DNA of 55,727 bases from Clostridia bacterium (GTDB taxonomy: Bacteria; Bacillota; Clostridia; Oscillospirales; CAG-272): NCBI GenBank assembly GCA_017628755.1, contig JAGBYM010000095.1, positions 1-55,727 on the forward strand. Direction: 5' to 3'. The position numbers were made by a program, and so were the translations under genes. Of the stretch, positions 35,589-46,050 are shown piece after piece. Each line of letters opens with the position of its first letter. Within the stretch, counting starts at the first letter, position 1. The notes beneath the pieces were generated by a model. That model made no database searches. It was not told the DNA's origin and saw only the letters and a program-made list of their open reading frames with translations.

Positions 35589-36630
35589 GATGTTAAATAT
35601 GGATTTTAAGCGCAAGCTTCCCATACCGATGGACATAAAAGCGCAATTCCCGATCACCGACGAAATGCAGGCGATCAAGGAAGCGCGCGATGAAGAAATA
35701 GCACAGGTATTCCGCGGTGAACTCGATAAATTCATTCTCATAATAGGCCCATGCTCGGCTGACCGACACGAGCCCGTGCTCCGTTACGTCGAAAAGCTTG
35801 CCGAAATCCAGAAAAAAGTTGAAGACAAGATCATCATAATCCCGCGTATCTACACGGGCAAACCGCGTACCACGGGCGACGGCTACAAGGGTATGGTACA
35901 TCAGCCGAATCCGACCGAGGACGTTGACGTTCTCGGCGGCATTATTGCCACGCGTGAGCTTCACAGCCGCGTCTTGCGCGACTACGGAATGGCTTCCGCG
36001 GACGAGCTTCTCTACCCCGATAACTACCGTTACCTATCCGACCTGCTCGCTTACACCGCCGTCGGCGCGCGTTCTGTTGAAAATCAGCAGCACCGCCTCA
36101 CGGCAAGTGGAATCGACGTTCCCGTAGGCATGAAGAACCCCACGAGCGGTGACATTTCAATCATGATGAACTCGATCACAGCCGCACAGCACAGCCACAA
36201 CTTCATCTACCGCGGCTGGGAGGTCGAAAGCCGCGGCAATCCTCTCGCGCACGCAATTCTCCGCGGATACGTTGACGGCTCGGGCAAATCCTACCCCAAC
36301 TACCATTACGAGGATCTGCGCGATCTTTTTGAGACCTACCAAAAATCAGGCCTTGCAAATCCCGCCGTTATAGTTGACACCAACCACGCAAATTCGGGCA
36401 AAAAATGGGATGAGCAGCCCCGCATCGCAAAGGACATCATCCACTCCTGCCGCAAGAGCGACGACATCAAGAAGCTCGTTAAGGGTCTGATGATCGAAAG
36501 CTACCTCATCGACGGCGCACAGAAGGTCACCGACGAAGCAAGCTACGTTTGCGGTCAGTCGATCACCGACCCCTGCCTTGGTTGGGAGAAAACCGAGAAG
36601 CTGATACTTGAGTTGGCGGACGAGCTTTGA
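35581..36630 (+). CDS. aroF: DAHP synthase, class I-alpha
   Basis: GPCS, KPRTT, GARS, GMKNPT, ILRG, D..HANS, GQSITDPC; RBS AGGAG. Confidence 0.92.
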   Translation: MSKMLNMDFKRKLPIPMDIKAQFPITDEMQAIKEARDEEIAQVFRGELDKFILIIGPCSADRHEPVLRYVEKLAEIQKKVEDKIIIIPRIYTGKPRTTGDGYKGMVHQPNPTEDVDVLGGIIATRELHSRVLRDYGMASADELLYPDNYRYLSDLLAYTAVGARSVENQQHRLTASGIDVPVGMKNPTSGDISIMMNSITAAQHSHNFIYRGWEVESRGNPLAHAILRGYVDGSGKSYPNYHYEDLRDLFETYQKSGLANPAVIVDTNHANSGKKWDEQPRIAKDIIHSCRKSDDIKKLVKGLMIESYLIDGAQKVTDEASYVCGQSITDPCLGWEKTEKLILELADEL

Positions 36631-36631
36631 T

Positions 36632-36975
36632 AGAGGACAGAGGTAAAAGGGGCAAAGAGCAAATGGCAGAGGTATGGAAGCTTTTCTCACTTTGTGCGAA
36701 AAGCAAATTGTAATAATTTTGCTTTTGATAGACAGTTCTTTGTTAGTCTAAACTCTATAATAACTAAATAGAAAAATCGAGATGTAATGAAGCATAAAAC
36801 TTGAAAACATCTCGATTTTATCGTTTATTAAATTGTTTGACTATTGAATTTGCAAAGCTTCGGGTTAGTACAATGCAATGGACCATTAAGCATAAACAGA
36901 ATTATCAGTATAATAATTACCGAGCCTTGGTCGAGGAAATTTACCTTACCTTTGCCCTTTGCACTCCCTTTTCCG
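36632..36975. mobile_element. MITE-like non-coding element with imperfect heptamer-repeat terminal inverted arms
   Basis: Left arm aaaaggggcaaagagcaaatggcagaggta; right arm reverse complement aaaagggagtgcaaagggcaaaggta; AT-rich core with aaaatcgagatgt/acatctcgatttt stem. Confidence 0.45.
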
Positions 36976-36977
36976 CC

Positions 36978-38402
36978 TTATTTATCAAACTTCACGTTTG
37001 AGATCAAGGTGAAGGTAAGCTGGAAGGTATTGTTGCCCTGAGTAACCGCACCGTTTGCTATAGCTTCGCTTTCAATGCTGACGATCTCACCGTCCTCAAC
37101 GGTAACCGTGATCGTCTGTGTTACGCTGCGGAAGGTTGCGCCCATCTGCTCTATAAGAGTCTTGTAAGCATCCTTCGGCTCACAGGTGAAGCTGAATTTG
37201 TTATCGGATATTTTCTTAACGCCAGTGACCGCCGAATCCTTGAACTGGCAAGTATTTATAAGACTTTCAACAAACGCGCGCGCCTCTGCCTCGGTCTGTG
37301 CTACCGCCTGGCTCTGTCCGCCGGTAGCTACGGTCTGAGCGCCAAGCGAATATGAAATATCGTATTTTGTACCGTTCATATCGGCGTCGATATCATAGAA
37401 ATAACCCTTGTCGTTTTTGCCGTAGGTAACTATATCGGTCTCGGTGCTCTGCTGGGTCTCGCCCATGATCTTGAGAGTCTGCGAAATATCAAGGGTAAAG
37501 CTTCCCTCATCCTTAGCATATTTTTCGTCAAGGAGCTCCTTGAACTCTTCAATAAGTCTTACGTCATCCACCGCAGTATACTTTTCGGGATTGACCTTTC
37601 CGGCATCGATGACAGCCTCATTGTACTTTGAATACGTACCCTTGAGCAATATCTCGGGCATCTTTTCGCCGCCCGGCTTCTGTTCAAAAACAAAGCTGAT
37701 TTCAAAAGAAGTCACATTGAATTCGGCATCCGCTATGATATGGAAGGTTATGTCAACCAGATCATGAGTAATGATGGATGTATCAAGTCCGGTCTCGTCA
37801 AGTATCTCGTTGACCGCCTTTGCGGTGTAACCCGAAAAATCAAGAGTATACGTACCGTCCTCGTTTATCTTGGCTTCCTTGTTTACACAATCACCAAACT
37901 CAAAGATATCGGTATCGTCTTCATCCATATATTCTTTTGCCTCAGCAGCAGTCATAGGCGAATATATCTTCTGTGAAACATTGCTGCCGCGATTGGAGAT
38001 AAAGTAGTTTCCGCCGTGATAAGCTTCAACGGTGGTGATCTTCTCTGTAGTGGAAAGTCCGGGCATAGACATCTTCATTTCCGATTCGGAATAGAACTCG
38101 AAATTATCCGTGGTGAGTCCCCGTCTGATGTCAATACCTTTTGCGGTAGTGTTTACTTCAACACCGTTCATAGTCACGTTCATGATCATCTCAAGAGTGG
38201 ACTCATACGAATCATAGGAATCCATCTTTTCGTCGATCTTTTTAAAAAGCTCATCCGCCGTATAGTTCAGTTCGGGCGCGGAAGCTTCTGTGGTGGCATC
38301 ATCCGAGGAGTTTTCCCCTTCATCCACCTTAAGACAGGAGGAGAGCGAAAATACTATCGCCAAAGCGAGAAGAAAAGCTAAAAGTGTTCTGAAATTTTTC
38401 AT
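36978..38402 (-). CDS. Lipoprotein with two LolA/LppX-like beta domains (DUF6612-like)
   Basis: Lipobox LSSC; alternating beta-strand pattern in two halves; YSKYN..V.I motif. Confidence 0.6.
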   Translation of the reverse strand: MKNFRTLLAFLLALAIVFSLSSCLKVDEGENSSDDATTEASAPELNYTADELFKKIDEKMDSYDSYESTLEMIMNVTMNGVEVNTTAKGIDIRRGLTTDNFEFYSESEMKMSMPGLSTTEKITTVEAYHGGNYFISNRGSNVSQKIYSPMTAAEAKEYMDEDDTDIFEFGDCVNKEAKINEDGTYTLDFSGYTAKAVNEILDETGLDTSIITHDLVDITFHIIADAEFNVTSFEISFVFEQKPGGEKMPEILLKGTYSKYNEAVIDAGKVNPEKYTAVDDVRLIEEFKELLDEKYAKDEGSFTLDISQTLKIMGETQQSTETDIVTYGKNDKGYFYDIDADMNGTKYDISYSLGAQTVATGGQSQAVAQTEAEARAFVESLINTCQFKDSAVTGVKKISDNKFSFTCEPKDAYKTLIEQMGATFRSVTQTITVTVEDGEIVSIESEAIANGAVTQGNNTFQLTFTLISNVKFDK

Positions 38403-38659
38403 TGTATTTCTCCTTATTTTATTCGCTTATATTATATCATAACCGAATCGAAAAGTAAAGTGATCCGATCACATTACGAATAATTGGCAAAAATTTATTG
38501 CCATATATCCTCTTACATATATAGACGAGAAAAAATCATTCAGGTTGCGCTTTTTTGCAAAATAATTCAAAAAGTCTTACTTTATTAGGATTTGACTTGA
38601 CAATCGGGCGGAAAAGTAGTAATATTATGTTGTATTATTTATCAACGGAGGGCATATCT

Positions 38660-39448
38660 ATGAAACTTTTATTTCTCGGAACGGGCTCGGCAAAATGCAA
38701 AAAGATCCCCGAGGATCAGATCCCCGAGGGCGCAAGACGCTGTTCTTCAATGCTTATTGACGGTACGGTACAGCTTGACGTACCGATTCATACATACGAC
38801 TTTCTCGAAAAGCGCGGGATCAATCCCGCTTCGGTCACCGATATTTTTCTTACTCACAGCCACGACGACCACTTCTGGAAGGAAACACTCCTTCGCTATG
38901 CAAAAGCGGGTGGCAGAAAGCTCAATTTCTACTGCAACGCGGGAGCGCTTTCCTGCCTCGGACTTACAGAAGAGGAAATGTCGCTCATCAATATCGTAAC
39001 CGTTGAAGCAATGCAGACCTTCGAGGCTGCCGGAATGACAGTCACCGCGCTCCCCTCTAACCATATCGCGGGCAAGGAGGAGCAAACGCTTCATTACGTT
39101 TTCGAAAAGAACGGCAAGAAGCTCTTCTACGGTCTCGACGGTGGCTGGCTGACCGGCAAGGAGTGGGGTTATCTCTATAAAACCGCCAAGCCCATAGACG
39201 GCGCAATTTTCGACACGACCTGCGGCGAACAGCCCGGAAACTTCCGTATCGGTACACATAACACCATCCCGATGGTGCGCCTGCTTGTCGATGCATTCAA
39301 GGAAAACGGCGTAATCAAGGAAAACGGCAAGCTGATCTCCAGCCATATCGGTCCGCATATTCACGCCGTACCCGCTGAGGAAACCGCAAGAATCCTCGCT
39401 GAATTCGGCGTCATTATGGCGTATGACGGATTTGAGATTGAAATATAA
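38660..39448 (+). CDS. Metallo-beta-lactamase fold hydrolase (PhnP-like)
   Basis: FLGTGSA, THSHDDH, SNH, LDGG, DTTC, SH, AYDG; ATG at 38660 with GGAGG RBS. Confidence 0.85.
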   Translation: MKLLFLGTGSAKCKKIPEDQIPEGARRCSSMLIDGTVQLDVPIHTYDFLEKRGINPASVTDIFLTHSHDDHFWKETLLRYAKAGGRKLNFYCNAGALSCLGLTEEEMSLINIVTVEAMQTFEAAGMTVTALPSNHIAGKEEQTLHYVFEKNGKKLFYGLDGGWLTGKEWGYLYKTAKPIDGAIFDTTCGEQPGNFRIGTHNTIPMVRLLVDAFKENGVIKENGKLISSHIGPHIHAVPAEETARILAEFGVIMAYDGFEIEI

Positions 39449-39450
39449 TA

Positions 39451-39483
39451 AAAAAGATTTCCGCTTCGGCGGAAATCTTTTTT
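39451..39483. terminator. Bidirectional terminator
   Basis: aaaaagatttccgc/gcggaaatcttttt. Confidence 0.85.
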
Positions 39484-40258
39484 ATATACAAACTATAACC
39501 GCCCCCTGCGATCCTCTCTCTGCTCCCGTGAGGCGATGTGACCAGAACAGTTCGGGGTTGCACATTGTGCAATCCGCGGATATTTCAATGTTCTTCACAC
39601 CCGCACGGCGGAGCGCGAGGGCATTGATCTCTTTGAGATCAACGTGGTATTTTTCTCCCGTTTTACGGATAAAGGCTTCGACTTCTCTGCCGAATGCTTC
39701 GATAATGGCATCGGGTACGTCGCGGTCGGTTTCAAAACAGCAAACTCCGATATTCGGTCCTATCGCGGCACGGATATTTGCGGGATTGCATCCGAATTCC
39801 GACACCATTGCGCGGACGGTTTTACCCGCGATATCGGAGGCTGTGCCGCGCCAACCCGCATGTACCGCGCCGACCGCGCCGTTGACACTGTCCCAAAGAA
39901 GTATGGGCGTGCAATCCGCAGTGAAAACTACGAGTGCGCATCCCGCGTCGTTCGTTATCAGCGCGTCACTCTCGGGATAGTTTTGATGATCGAGACCGCG
40001 CGCATCGCCTTTTGTCACCTTGCGGACGATATCCGAATGCGTCTGTCTCGTCAAGACGAGTTTTTTCAAGTCAAAACCTATTCTTTCGGCAAGGATCTCA
40101 TAGTTTTTTGCCACGTTTTCCGTGCTGTCACCGCGATGCATTGCAATGTTCATAGAGGAGAAAATCCCCTCGCTTACACCGCCCGTGCGAGTGGTAAATC
40201 CGTGCGGAACGCTTATATTATCGGCATTTATGATGCCGTTTTTTATTTTGAGAGACAA
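39482..40258 (-). CDS. pgeF: PgeF/YfiH laccase-domain protein
   Basis: HGFTTR.GGVS, QTHS, TADCTP, HAGWRG, IGP.I..CCFE, CT.C....WSHR; TTG start inferred just after the ogg stop. Confidence 0.9.
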   Translation of the reverse strand: MSLKIKNGIINADNISVPHGFTTRTGGVSEGIFSSMNIAMHRGDSTENVAKNYEILAERIGFDLKKLVLTRQTHSDIVRKVTKGDARGLDHQNYPESDALITNDAGCALVVFTADCTPILLWDSVNGAVGAVHAGWRGTASDIAGKTVRAMVSEFGCNPANIRAAIGPNIGVCCFETDRDVPDAIIEAFGREVEAFIRKTGEKYHVDLKEINALALRRAGVKNIEISADCTMCNPELFWSHRLTGAERGSQGAVIVCI

Positions 40259-40259
40259 A

Positions 40260-41174
40260 TCAGTTACCCCCGAGGTAGCGTTCATAATAGAAAAGATACT
40301 GCTGCGCCAGACCCGCGTACGAGCCGAGAGATGCGGCATCGAAGGGCGCGGGGAAGTATTTTTCTATAACGCGCTTGACCCAGACGTCAACGGGAAAAGC
40401 ATCTGTGCGGTCAAAGCCGAAAAGGAGCGTACACGCCGCGACCTTCGGTCCGACTCCCTTGACCTTCATCAGCATCTCTGCCGCTTCCGCGGTCGTTTTT
40501 GCCGCGCGGACGGCAAGGAGATCGAGTTCCCCGCTTGAAACCTTCTGTGCGGCGTCGTATATGTACGGCGCACGGAAGCCGAATTTCATATCGCGCAGGG
40601 CGTCAACTCCCGCATTTACGATCGCCTCGGGTGTCGGGAAAGCATAGACATCGCCCGCTCTCTCCGAAAGCTCTGCGGAACATTCAACCTTCGTGCCGAG
40701 ATTGCGCGAAATCGTCGAAATAAGTCCGCGGATACGGGGGATATTGTTATTCTGTGATATGATAAACGAGCAAAGCGTTTCCCACATTTCCTGGCGGAGA
40801 ATACGGATACCTTTGCCGTATTCCACAGCCTCTGCGAGCGCGGGATTATCCGAGCGCGAGACAATATCGTTTCGCGCAGATTCGATGTCGAAATCGAGTC
40901 CGAGATAGTTTACCCATATTTTTTCAAAGTCCTCGGCATCGGTACCGTAGACGGTGAGAACGTTTCCGTCCTGCGCGACGGTTATGTATTTACCGAAGGC
41001 GACGCCGCCGAATTCGACGGTGTGGGTTGAATTTTCTATCGGCAAAAACCTGAACGCCTGTCCACAGTCAAAGACCGCACCGACGTCAAAGTAATCGAGA
41101 TTTTTTATCTTTGCAAAAGAAGTGCCTTTTTCGGTCACTCCAAATTCTATATCAAGTAAAGAATTTATCGGCAT
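40260..41174 (-). CDS. ogg: 8-oxoguanine DNA glycosylase (HhH-GPD)
   Basis: CGQAFRF, GIRILRQ, SQNNNIPRI, KGVGPKVA, AFPVDVW, AQQYLF. Confidence 0.9.
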   Translation of the reverse strand: MPINSLLDIEFGVTEKGTSFAKIKNLDYFDVGAVFDCGQAFRFLPIENSTHTVEFGGVAFGKYITVAQDGNVLTVYGTDAEDFEKIWVNYLGLDFDIESARNDIVSRSDNPALAEAVEYGKGIRILRQEMWETLCSFIISQNNNIPRIRGLISTISRNLGTKVECSAELSERAGDVYAFPTPEAIVNAGVDALRDMKFGFRAPYIYDAAQKVSSGELDLLAVRAAKTTAEAAEMLMKVKGVGPKVAACTLLFGFDRTDAFPVDVWVKRVIEKYFPAPFDAASLGSYAGLAQQYLFYYERYLGGN

Positions 41175-41295
41175 ATTGTAAATTCCCTTTCTATTTTCCG
41201 TATTTTGCTTGCAAAACACGCCGTTTTCTGCTATAATATTATTATCTATAGTTATTATACTATAAAATTGCCGAATAGTCAATAGTGAGGTTAGT

Positions 41296-42006
41296 ATGAA
41301 CCAGATATACACCATACATATAAACGAGCATTTTGACCGCGCACGCGAGGATCACACCTGCGGCTGTCCCGTCTGCTCGCTCTACCGCATGCTTGAGGAA
41401 AACGAGCTCGAGCTCATTCTCGGCGCTTCGATGATGGAGCCCGACGTACGCCAGAAAACGAACAAGCTAGGCTTTTGCGACACGCATATGAAGATGATGT
41501 TCGAGTACCGCGCGCGTCTGCCTATGGCGTTGACGCTCGAAAGCCATCTTGATCAGCTCCGCAAGGAAGTGGGCGACCTTCCCCTTATGGTTCCCGGTAC
41601 ACGCGCAAGAGCAAGAATTGCCGAGCTTGAGGAGGACTGCTACGTCTGCCGCCGAATCAACGAATATTTCAAGCACCTGCTTGAAAACCTCGTTTACATC
41701 TGGAGCACCGATCCGCTCTTCCGCGAGAAATTTGCCGCACAGCATATGTTCTGCCTTCCTCACTGGGAGATGATGCTCGGCGTTGCCAAGGCGAAACTCA
41801 ATAAAAAGGATTACTACGCCTTCGCAAAAGCGACGGGCGACGTTGTTCTTCCCTACTTCGATCAGCTCCGCGAGGACGTTTCATGGTTCTGCAAGAAGTT
41901 CGACTACCGCTACGGGGACGAGCCTTGGTATAATTCCAAGGACGCCGTCGAGCGCGCAATGTCCTTCCTCAATTCCGACCTTCACCGTCCGCCAAAGAAA
42001 AAATAA
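41296..42006 (+). CDS. DUF6062 family protein
   Basis: CPVC, GFC..H, CYVC, FCLPH, WF..KFDYR pattern; RBS GAGG. Confidence 0.75.
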   Translation: MNQIYTIHINEHFDRAREDHTCGCPVCSLYRMLEENELELILGASMMEPDVRQKTNKLGFCDTHMKMMFEYRARLPMALTLESHLDQLRKEVGDLPLMVPGTRARARIAELEEDCYVCRRINEYFKHLLENLVYIWSTDPLFREKFAAQHMFCLPHWEMMLGVAKAKLNKKDYYAFAKATGDVVLPYFDQLREDVSWFCKKFDYRYGDEPWYNSKDAVERAMSFLNSDLHRPPKKK

Positions 42007-42013
42007 AATATTC

Positions 42014-42159
42014 CACTTGTAAAACTGCGTTTTACAAGTGATACGCGCGCTTATCGCCGCTTGCCAAAATCTTCGATTTTGACAGCTCCCCTCGGCGCGC
42101 GGACTCGCAAAGCTCGTCCGGGTGGTGTTTTTTCGGTCGGCAAAGCCGCCCAAAAAACG
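42014..42159 (+). repeat. About 145-bp multi-hairpin intergenic repeat, copy 2
   Basis: Matches the reverse complement of 8362-8506. Confidence 0.9.
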
Positions 42160-42223
42160 AATTATATAAAAACAAGCATTTTAAAAATAAAGAATAAAAA
42201 AACGCAAAAAGGTAAAAATCAAA

Positions 42224-42775
42224 ATGATAGATCTGCTTTCGCTTCATAAGCAATTTATACTTACACACATCAAAGAAGGCGACGTTTGCGCCGATTTCAC
42301 AATGGGCAACGGCTACGACACCGAATTTCTCTGCCGCACCGTCGGCGAGAGCGGCAAGGTCTTCGCCTTTGATATCCAGCCCGCAGCTGTTGAGTCCACG
42401 AAAAGACGACTTGCCGAGGTCGGATGCCCCGAAAACTACACCCTCATCTGTGACTCGCATCACAACGCCGCAAAATACATCGACTGCAAGATCAAGGGCG
42501 GAATGTTCAACCTCGGTTGGCTTCCCGGCGGAGACAAGTCGATAACCACCATGCGCGAGACCACGATGCCCGCGATCGAGACCGCCATCTCGCTTCTCGA
42601 TTCCGACGGAGTGCTCACAGTCGCCGTCTACCCCGGACATCCTGAGGGCGACGCGGAGGGCAAGATGATCGAAGAATACCTCTCCTCCCTCTCTCGCTTC
42701 AAGCTCTGCGTAACCAAGATCAAGATCTTAAACTCCCCCACATCCCCCTATTTCTTCTTGATAGAAACCAAATAA
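42224..42775 (+). CDS. Class I SAM-dependent methyltransferase, YtqB/MnmM-like
   Basis: DFTMGNGYDT, FAFDIQ, FNLGWLPGGDK, YPGH.EG. Confidence 0.85.
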   Translation: MIDLLSLHKQFILTHIKEGDVCADFTMGNGYDTEFLCRTVGESGKVFAFDIQPAAVESTKRRLAEVGCPENYTLICDSHHNAAKYIDCKIKGGMFNLGWLPGGDKSITTMRETTMPAIETAISLLDSDGVLTVAVYPGHPEGDAEGKMIEEYLSSLSRFKLCVTKIKILNSPTSPYFFLIETK

Positions 42776-42806
42776 AAATGCAAATAACTGCGGAAAGGAA
42801 GGCAAA

Positions 42807-44681
42807 ATGAATAACGGAAACAGAAATTCGGACATGTCCGAGCTCATAGCAATTGCCAACCGCCGCAGAGAGGAACTCAAAAAGGCTCAGGCGGAACAGG
42901 CAGCTCAGCAAGCGGCTCAGAATAGACCTAAACCTCAGCCTCAACCACAGCAGAGACCTCAGCCACAGCAGAGACCTCAGCCACAGCAGAGACCTCAGCC
43001 ACAGCAGAGACCTCAGCAAAAACCTCAACAGGCTCCCGAAAAGCGCCGTCCCTCGCCCGAAGCTGAAGCTGCGGCAAGGGAAAGAGCAAAGCGCGAGGAA
43101 GCAATCAAACGGGCGCGTGCTGAAGAAGAAAGACAGCGCGCGGACGCAGTAAAACGTGCCCGAGCTGAGGAAGAAAAGAAACGCGCGGAAGCCGAAAAGC
43201 GCAAAAAAGAAGAAGCGGCACGAATCGAGCGCGACAAAATTGCCGCGCAGAAGCGTATCGAGCGGCGCGAGCGTGCGGACGAGCTTACCGAAAAGCTTGC
43301 ATCGCTCAAAAACGCCTACAAAGGCACTCTCAAAAACGCCCTCGGTTACTTTGCCGTCTTCATCTGCGTTCTTCTGATAATCTGCACGGTATCGGCAACG
43401 GTATTTCTCGTCAAGCTTCTGAACTACGGCGAAAAGACGGAAACTCCCGCGGCTGTCGTCTTCTCCACCGAGGGTAAAAAGAAAAATTACGACTATTCAG
43501 ATATAGTCCGTGACGGTATATATTACCTTGACTTTTCACAGATCGCGGAGCTTTGCTCGCTCTCGCAGAGCGGTGACAAGGAGCTTATCATCTACTCGAC
43601 CGCAAACGGCGAGCAGATCAGATTCGCTCCGCCCTCGCGTGTCGTTGTAATCAACGGCAACAGCGTCACAGCATCTGGCGCGATACTTTCCGAAAATGAA
43701 AGACTTCTCGTACCGCTCGATCTCATCCGGAATTACTTCATCGGACTTGACGTAACGGTCGATGAAGGTGTCAATGAAGAGAGCGGCAAGCCATACCTCA
43801 ATATCTCGATATCGAGAATTGAAGAAGGCAGAGATTATGCAGAAATCTCGTTCCTTCTCAAATTCAATTCGGTTCTCAGCGGACTTTCGAATGAATCTCT
43901 GCCCGAAGAACCAGTTACTCTGCCCGTCGGCGCGCCAACATACGAATACGCCGCAGATCTTTCATACTATCTGCGCTTTATGTGCCCCGAGGATTTTGAT
44001 AAATACATGGTACTTATCAATCCATCGAACCCCAAGGATGCGACCTATATCCCCGAGGATATGATCTCGGTACCAAATCCGCGTTATGATAACGGCTCCT
44101 CGCTCTGCCGCGATGCCTCGATGTCTCTCGAAGCCCTCTTCCTCGAGATGCATACCCTCGGCTTCCGCGATATGAAGGTCAGCGTTGCGTACCGTTCATT
44201 CGAACAGCAGGAAAATCAGTTCAATATCTATACTTACAACGAGCGTTACTACTACCGTTCTCATTATGAGAGCGAGGGCAAGTGGTTCAGCAACGAGGCA
44301 TATGCCGTTCTCGGCAAGGCTTACCTTGAGGAAAAATATATCTCACAGGGTAAGACATCACTTTCTGCAGACGACGCAAAGAGAGTTGCTATGTCCTATT
44401 CGGCATATCCCGGCACGGGCGACCACCAGACGGGTCTAGCCTTCGACCTCTACCTTTCGGGTTGGTCGGGCAAGCAATTTGCCGAGACCGATGAATATAA
44501 GTGGCTCGTCGAAAATGCGCACAAATTCGGTTTCATCTTCCGTTATCCCAACGGAAAGGAAAATATTACGGGATACTCCTTCGAGCCCTACCATCTCCGC
44601 TTTGTCGGTCAGTACCACGCTGCAATCATTCATGAGACCGGTCTTTCGCTCGAGGAATACGTAGCAAAATATATTGATTGA
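42807..44681 (+). CDS. Membrane-anchored M15B D,D-carboxypeptidase with Q/P-repeat and coiled-coil N-terminus
   Basis: AYRS..QQ, PGTGDHQTGLAFD, FGFIFRYP, EPYHLRFVG; TM helix after the coiled coil. Confidence 0.82.
   Translation: MNNGNRNSDMSELIAIANRRREELKKAQAEQAAQQAAQNRPKPQPQPQQRPQPQQRPQPQQRPQPQQRPQQKPQQAPEKRRPSPEAEAAARERAKREEAIKRARAEEERQRADAVKRARAEEEKKRAEAEKRKKEEAARIERDKIAAQKRIERRERADELTEKLASLKNAYKGTLKNALGYFAVFICVLLIICTVSATVFLVKLLNYGEKTETPAAVVFSTEGKKKNYDYSDIVRDGIYYLDFSQIAELCSLSQSGDKELIIYSTANGEQIRFAPPSRVVVINGNSVTASGAILSENERLLVPLDLIRNYFIGLDVTVDEGVNEESGKPYLNISISRIEEGRDYAEISFLLKFNSVLSGLSNESLPEEPVTLPVGAPTYEYAADLSYYLRFMCPEDFDKYMVLINPSNPKDATYIPEDMISVPNPRYDNGSSLCRDASMSLEALFLEMHTLGFRDMKVSVAYRSFEQQENQFNIYTYNERYYYRSHYESEGKWFSNEAYAVLGKAYLEEKYISQGKTSLSADDAKRVAMSYSAYPGTGDHQTGLAFDLYLSGWSGKQFAETDEYKWLVENAHKFGFIFRYPNGKENITGYSFEPYHLRFVGQYHAAIIHETGLSLEEYVAKYID
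42945..43016 (+). repeat. Four perfect 18-bp tandem repeats encoding PQQRPQ
   Basis: (ccacagcagagacctcag)x4. Confidence 0.95.
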
Positions 44682-44741
44682 CAAAAACACTATTTAATGA
44701 TATAATATTATGATACACTACTTTGAAAGGACGGTGAGAAT

Positions 44742-46049
44742 ATGGTAACGATAGCTTCTGTCGAAAAAGGCTCTGTATGCGATAAGCTCGGCATCCGCGC
44801 GGGCGATTGCCTTATTTCGGTTAATTCGCATGAAATATACGATATTCTCGACTACCGTTTCCGCCTTTGCGAGAAAAAGATAAAGCTTTCTGTCATGCGT
44901 GACGGCAAGGTCAAAAACTACCGCTTCCGCAAGGAAGAAAGCGATATCGACATCGGACTTGAATTCGCAACGGCTCTGATGGATGAAAAGCAGTCCTGCC
45001 GTAACAAATGCATATTCTGCTTCATCGACCAGAATCCGCCCGGCATGCGCGAATCCTGCTATTTCAAGGACGACGATTCGCGCCTCTCATTCCTTCACGG
45101 AAATTACATCACACTCACCAATATCAGCGAGCGCGAGGTCGAGCGCATCATCGAGATGCATATCTCGCCGATAAACGTATCGGTACATACCACCGACCCC
45201 GAGCTTCGCTGTAAAATGCTTTCCAACCGCTTTGCGGGCGAAAAGCTTTCATATCTCCGCCGCTTTGCCGACGCGGGAATAACCATCTGCGCGCAGATAG
45301 TTCTCTGCCGCGGCATCAACGACGGCGAGCACCTTGACCGCACTCTGCACGATCTTATGGAATACCTTCCCGCGCTTGACAGCGTTTCGATCGTTCCCGC
45401 GGGACTGACGAAATACCGCGATAATCTCCCGAAGCTCACGCTCTTCACTCCCGAGGAGTGCCGTGCCGTAATAAAGCAGGTCAGCGCTTACGGCGATTAC
45501 TGCATGCAGAAATACGGAACGCGCGTATTCCTCTGCTCGGATGAATTTTACGTCCGCGGCGGACTTGAGCTACCCGACGAGGATTTCTACTGCGGATTTT
45601 CACAGCTTGAAGACGGCGTCGGAATGCTCACTTCCTTCACCACTGATGCAATACGCGAGCTTGAATTTGCCGAAAAGGGAGATGCCGAACGCCAAGTCTC
45701 GGTTCTTACCGGACATGCCGCTTTCGACACGATCTCCAAGGTCGCGCGTCTTTGCGAGGAAAAGCACGGTAAGCTCAAGGTGAACGTCATCAAGATCGAC
45801 AACAACTTCTTCGGCGAGACCGTTACCGTCGCAGGCCTTCTCACGGGCGGCGATATGATCGAGGGTTGCCGCGGAAAGGATCTTGGCGAAGTCCTCTTCA
45901 TCCCGCGCAATTCGCTCCGCTCCGACGGAGATCTCTTCCTCGACAATCTGGCTCCCGCTGATCTTGAACGCGAGCTCGGAGTCAAGGTTTGTCCGCTTGA
46001 AGGCGACGGCGCGTGCTTCGTTGCCGCACTCTGCGGTTATGAGGTGTAA
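44742..46049 (+). CDS. DUF512 / PDZ-containing radical SAM-like protein
   Basis: N-terminal PDZ-like region, CRNKCIFC, KDDD.RLSFL.GNYITL, SVHTT.PELR. Confidence 0.88.
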   Translation: MVTIASVEKGSVCDKLGIRAGDCLISVNSHEIYDILDYRFRLCEKKIKLSVMRDGKVKNYRFRKEESDIDIGLEFATALMDEKQSCRNKCIFCFIDQNPPGMRESCYFKDDDSRLSFLHGNYITLTNISEREVERIIEMHISPINVSVHTTDPELRCKMLSNRFAGEKLSYLRRFADAGITICAQIVLCRGINDGEHLDRTLHDLMEYLPALDSVSIVPAGLTKYRDNLPKLTLFTPEECRAVIKQVSAYGDYCMQKYGTRVFLCSDEFYVRGGLELPDEDFYCGFSQLEDGVGMLTSFTTDAIRELEFAEKGDAERQVSVLTGHAAFDTISKVARLCEEKHGKLKVNVIKIDNNFFGETVTVAGLLTGGDMIEGCRGKDLGEVLFIPRNSLRSDGDLFLDNLAPADLERELGVKVCPLEGDGACFVAALCGYEV

Positions 46050-46050
46050 A

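Noticed and set aside
38660-39448. Beta-lactamase resistance gene
   Set aside because: MBL fold of the cytoplasmic PhnP/RNase Z-like type with no signal peptide.
42807-44681. vanY vancomycin-resistance gene
   Set aside because: M15B domain only; no vanHAX or vanRS nearby and the context is housekeeping.
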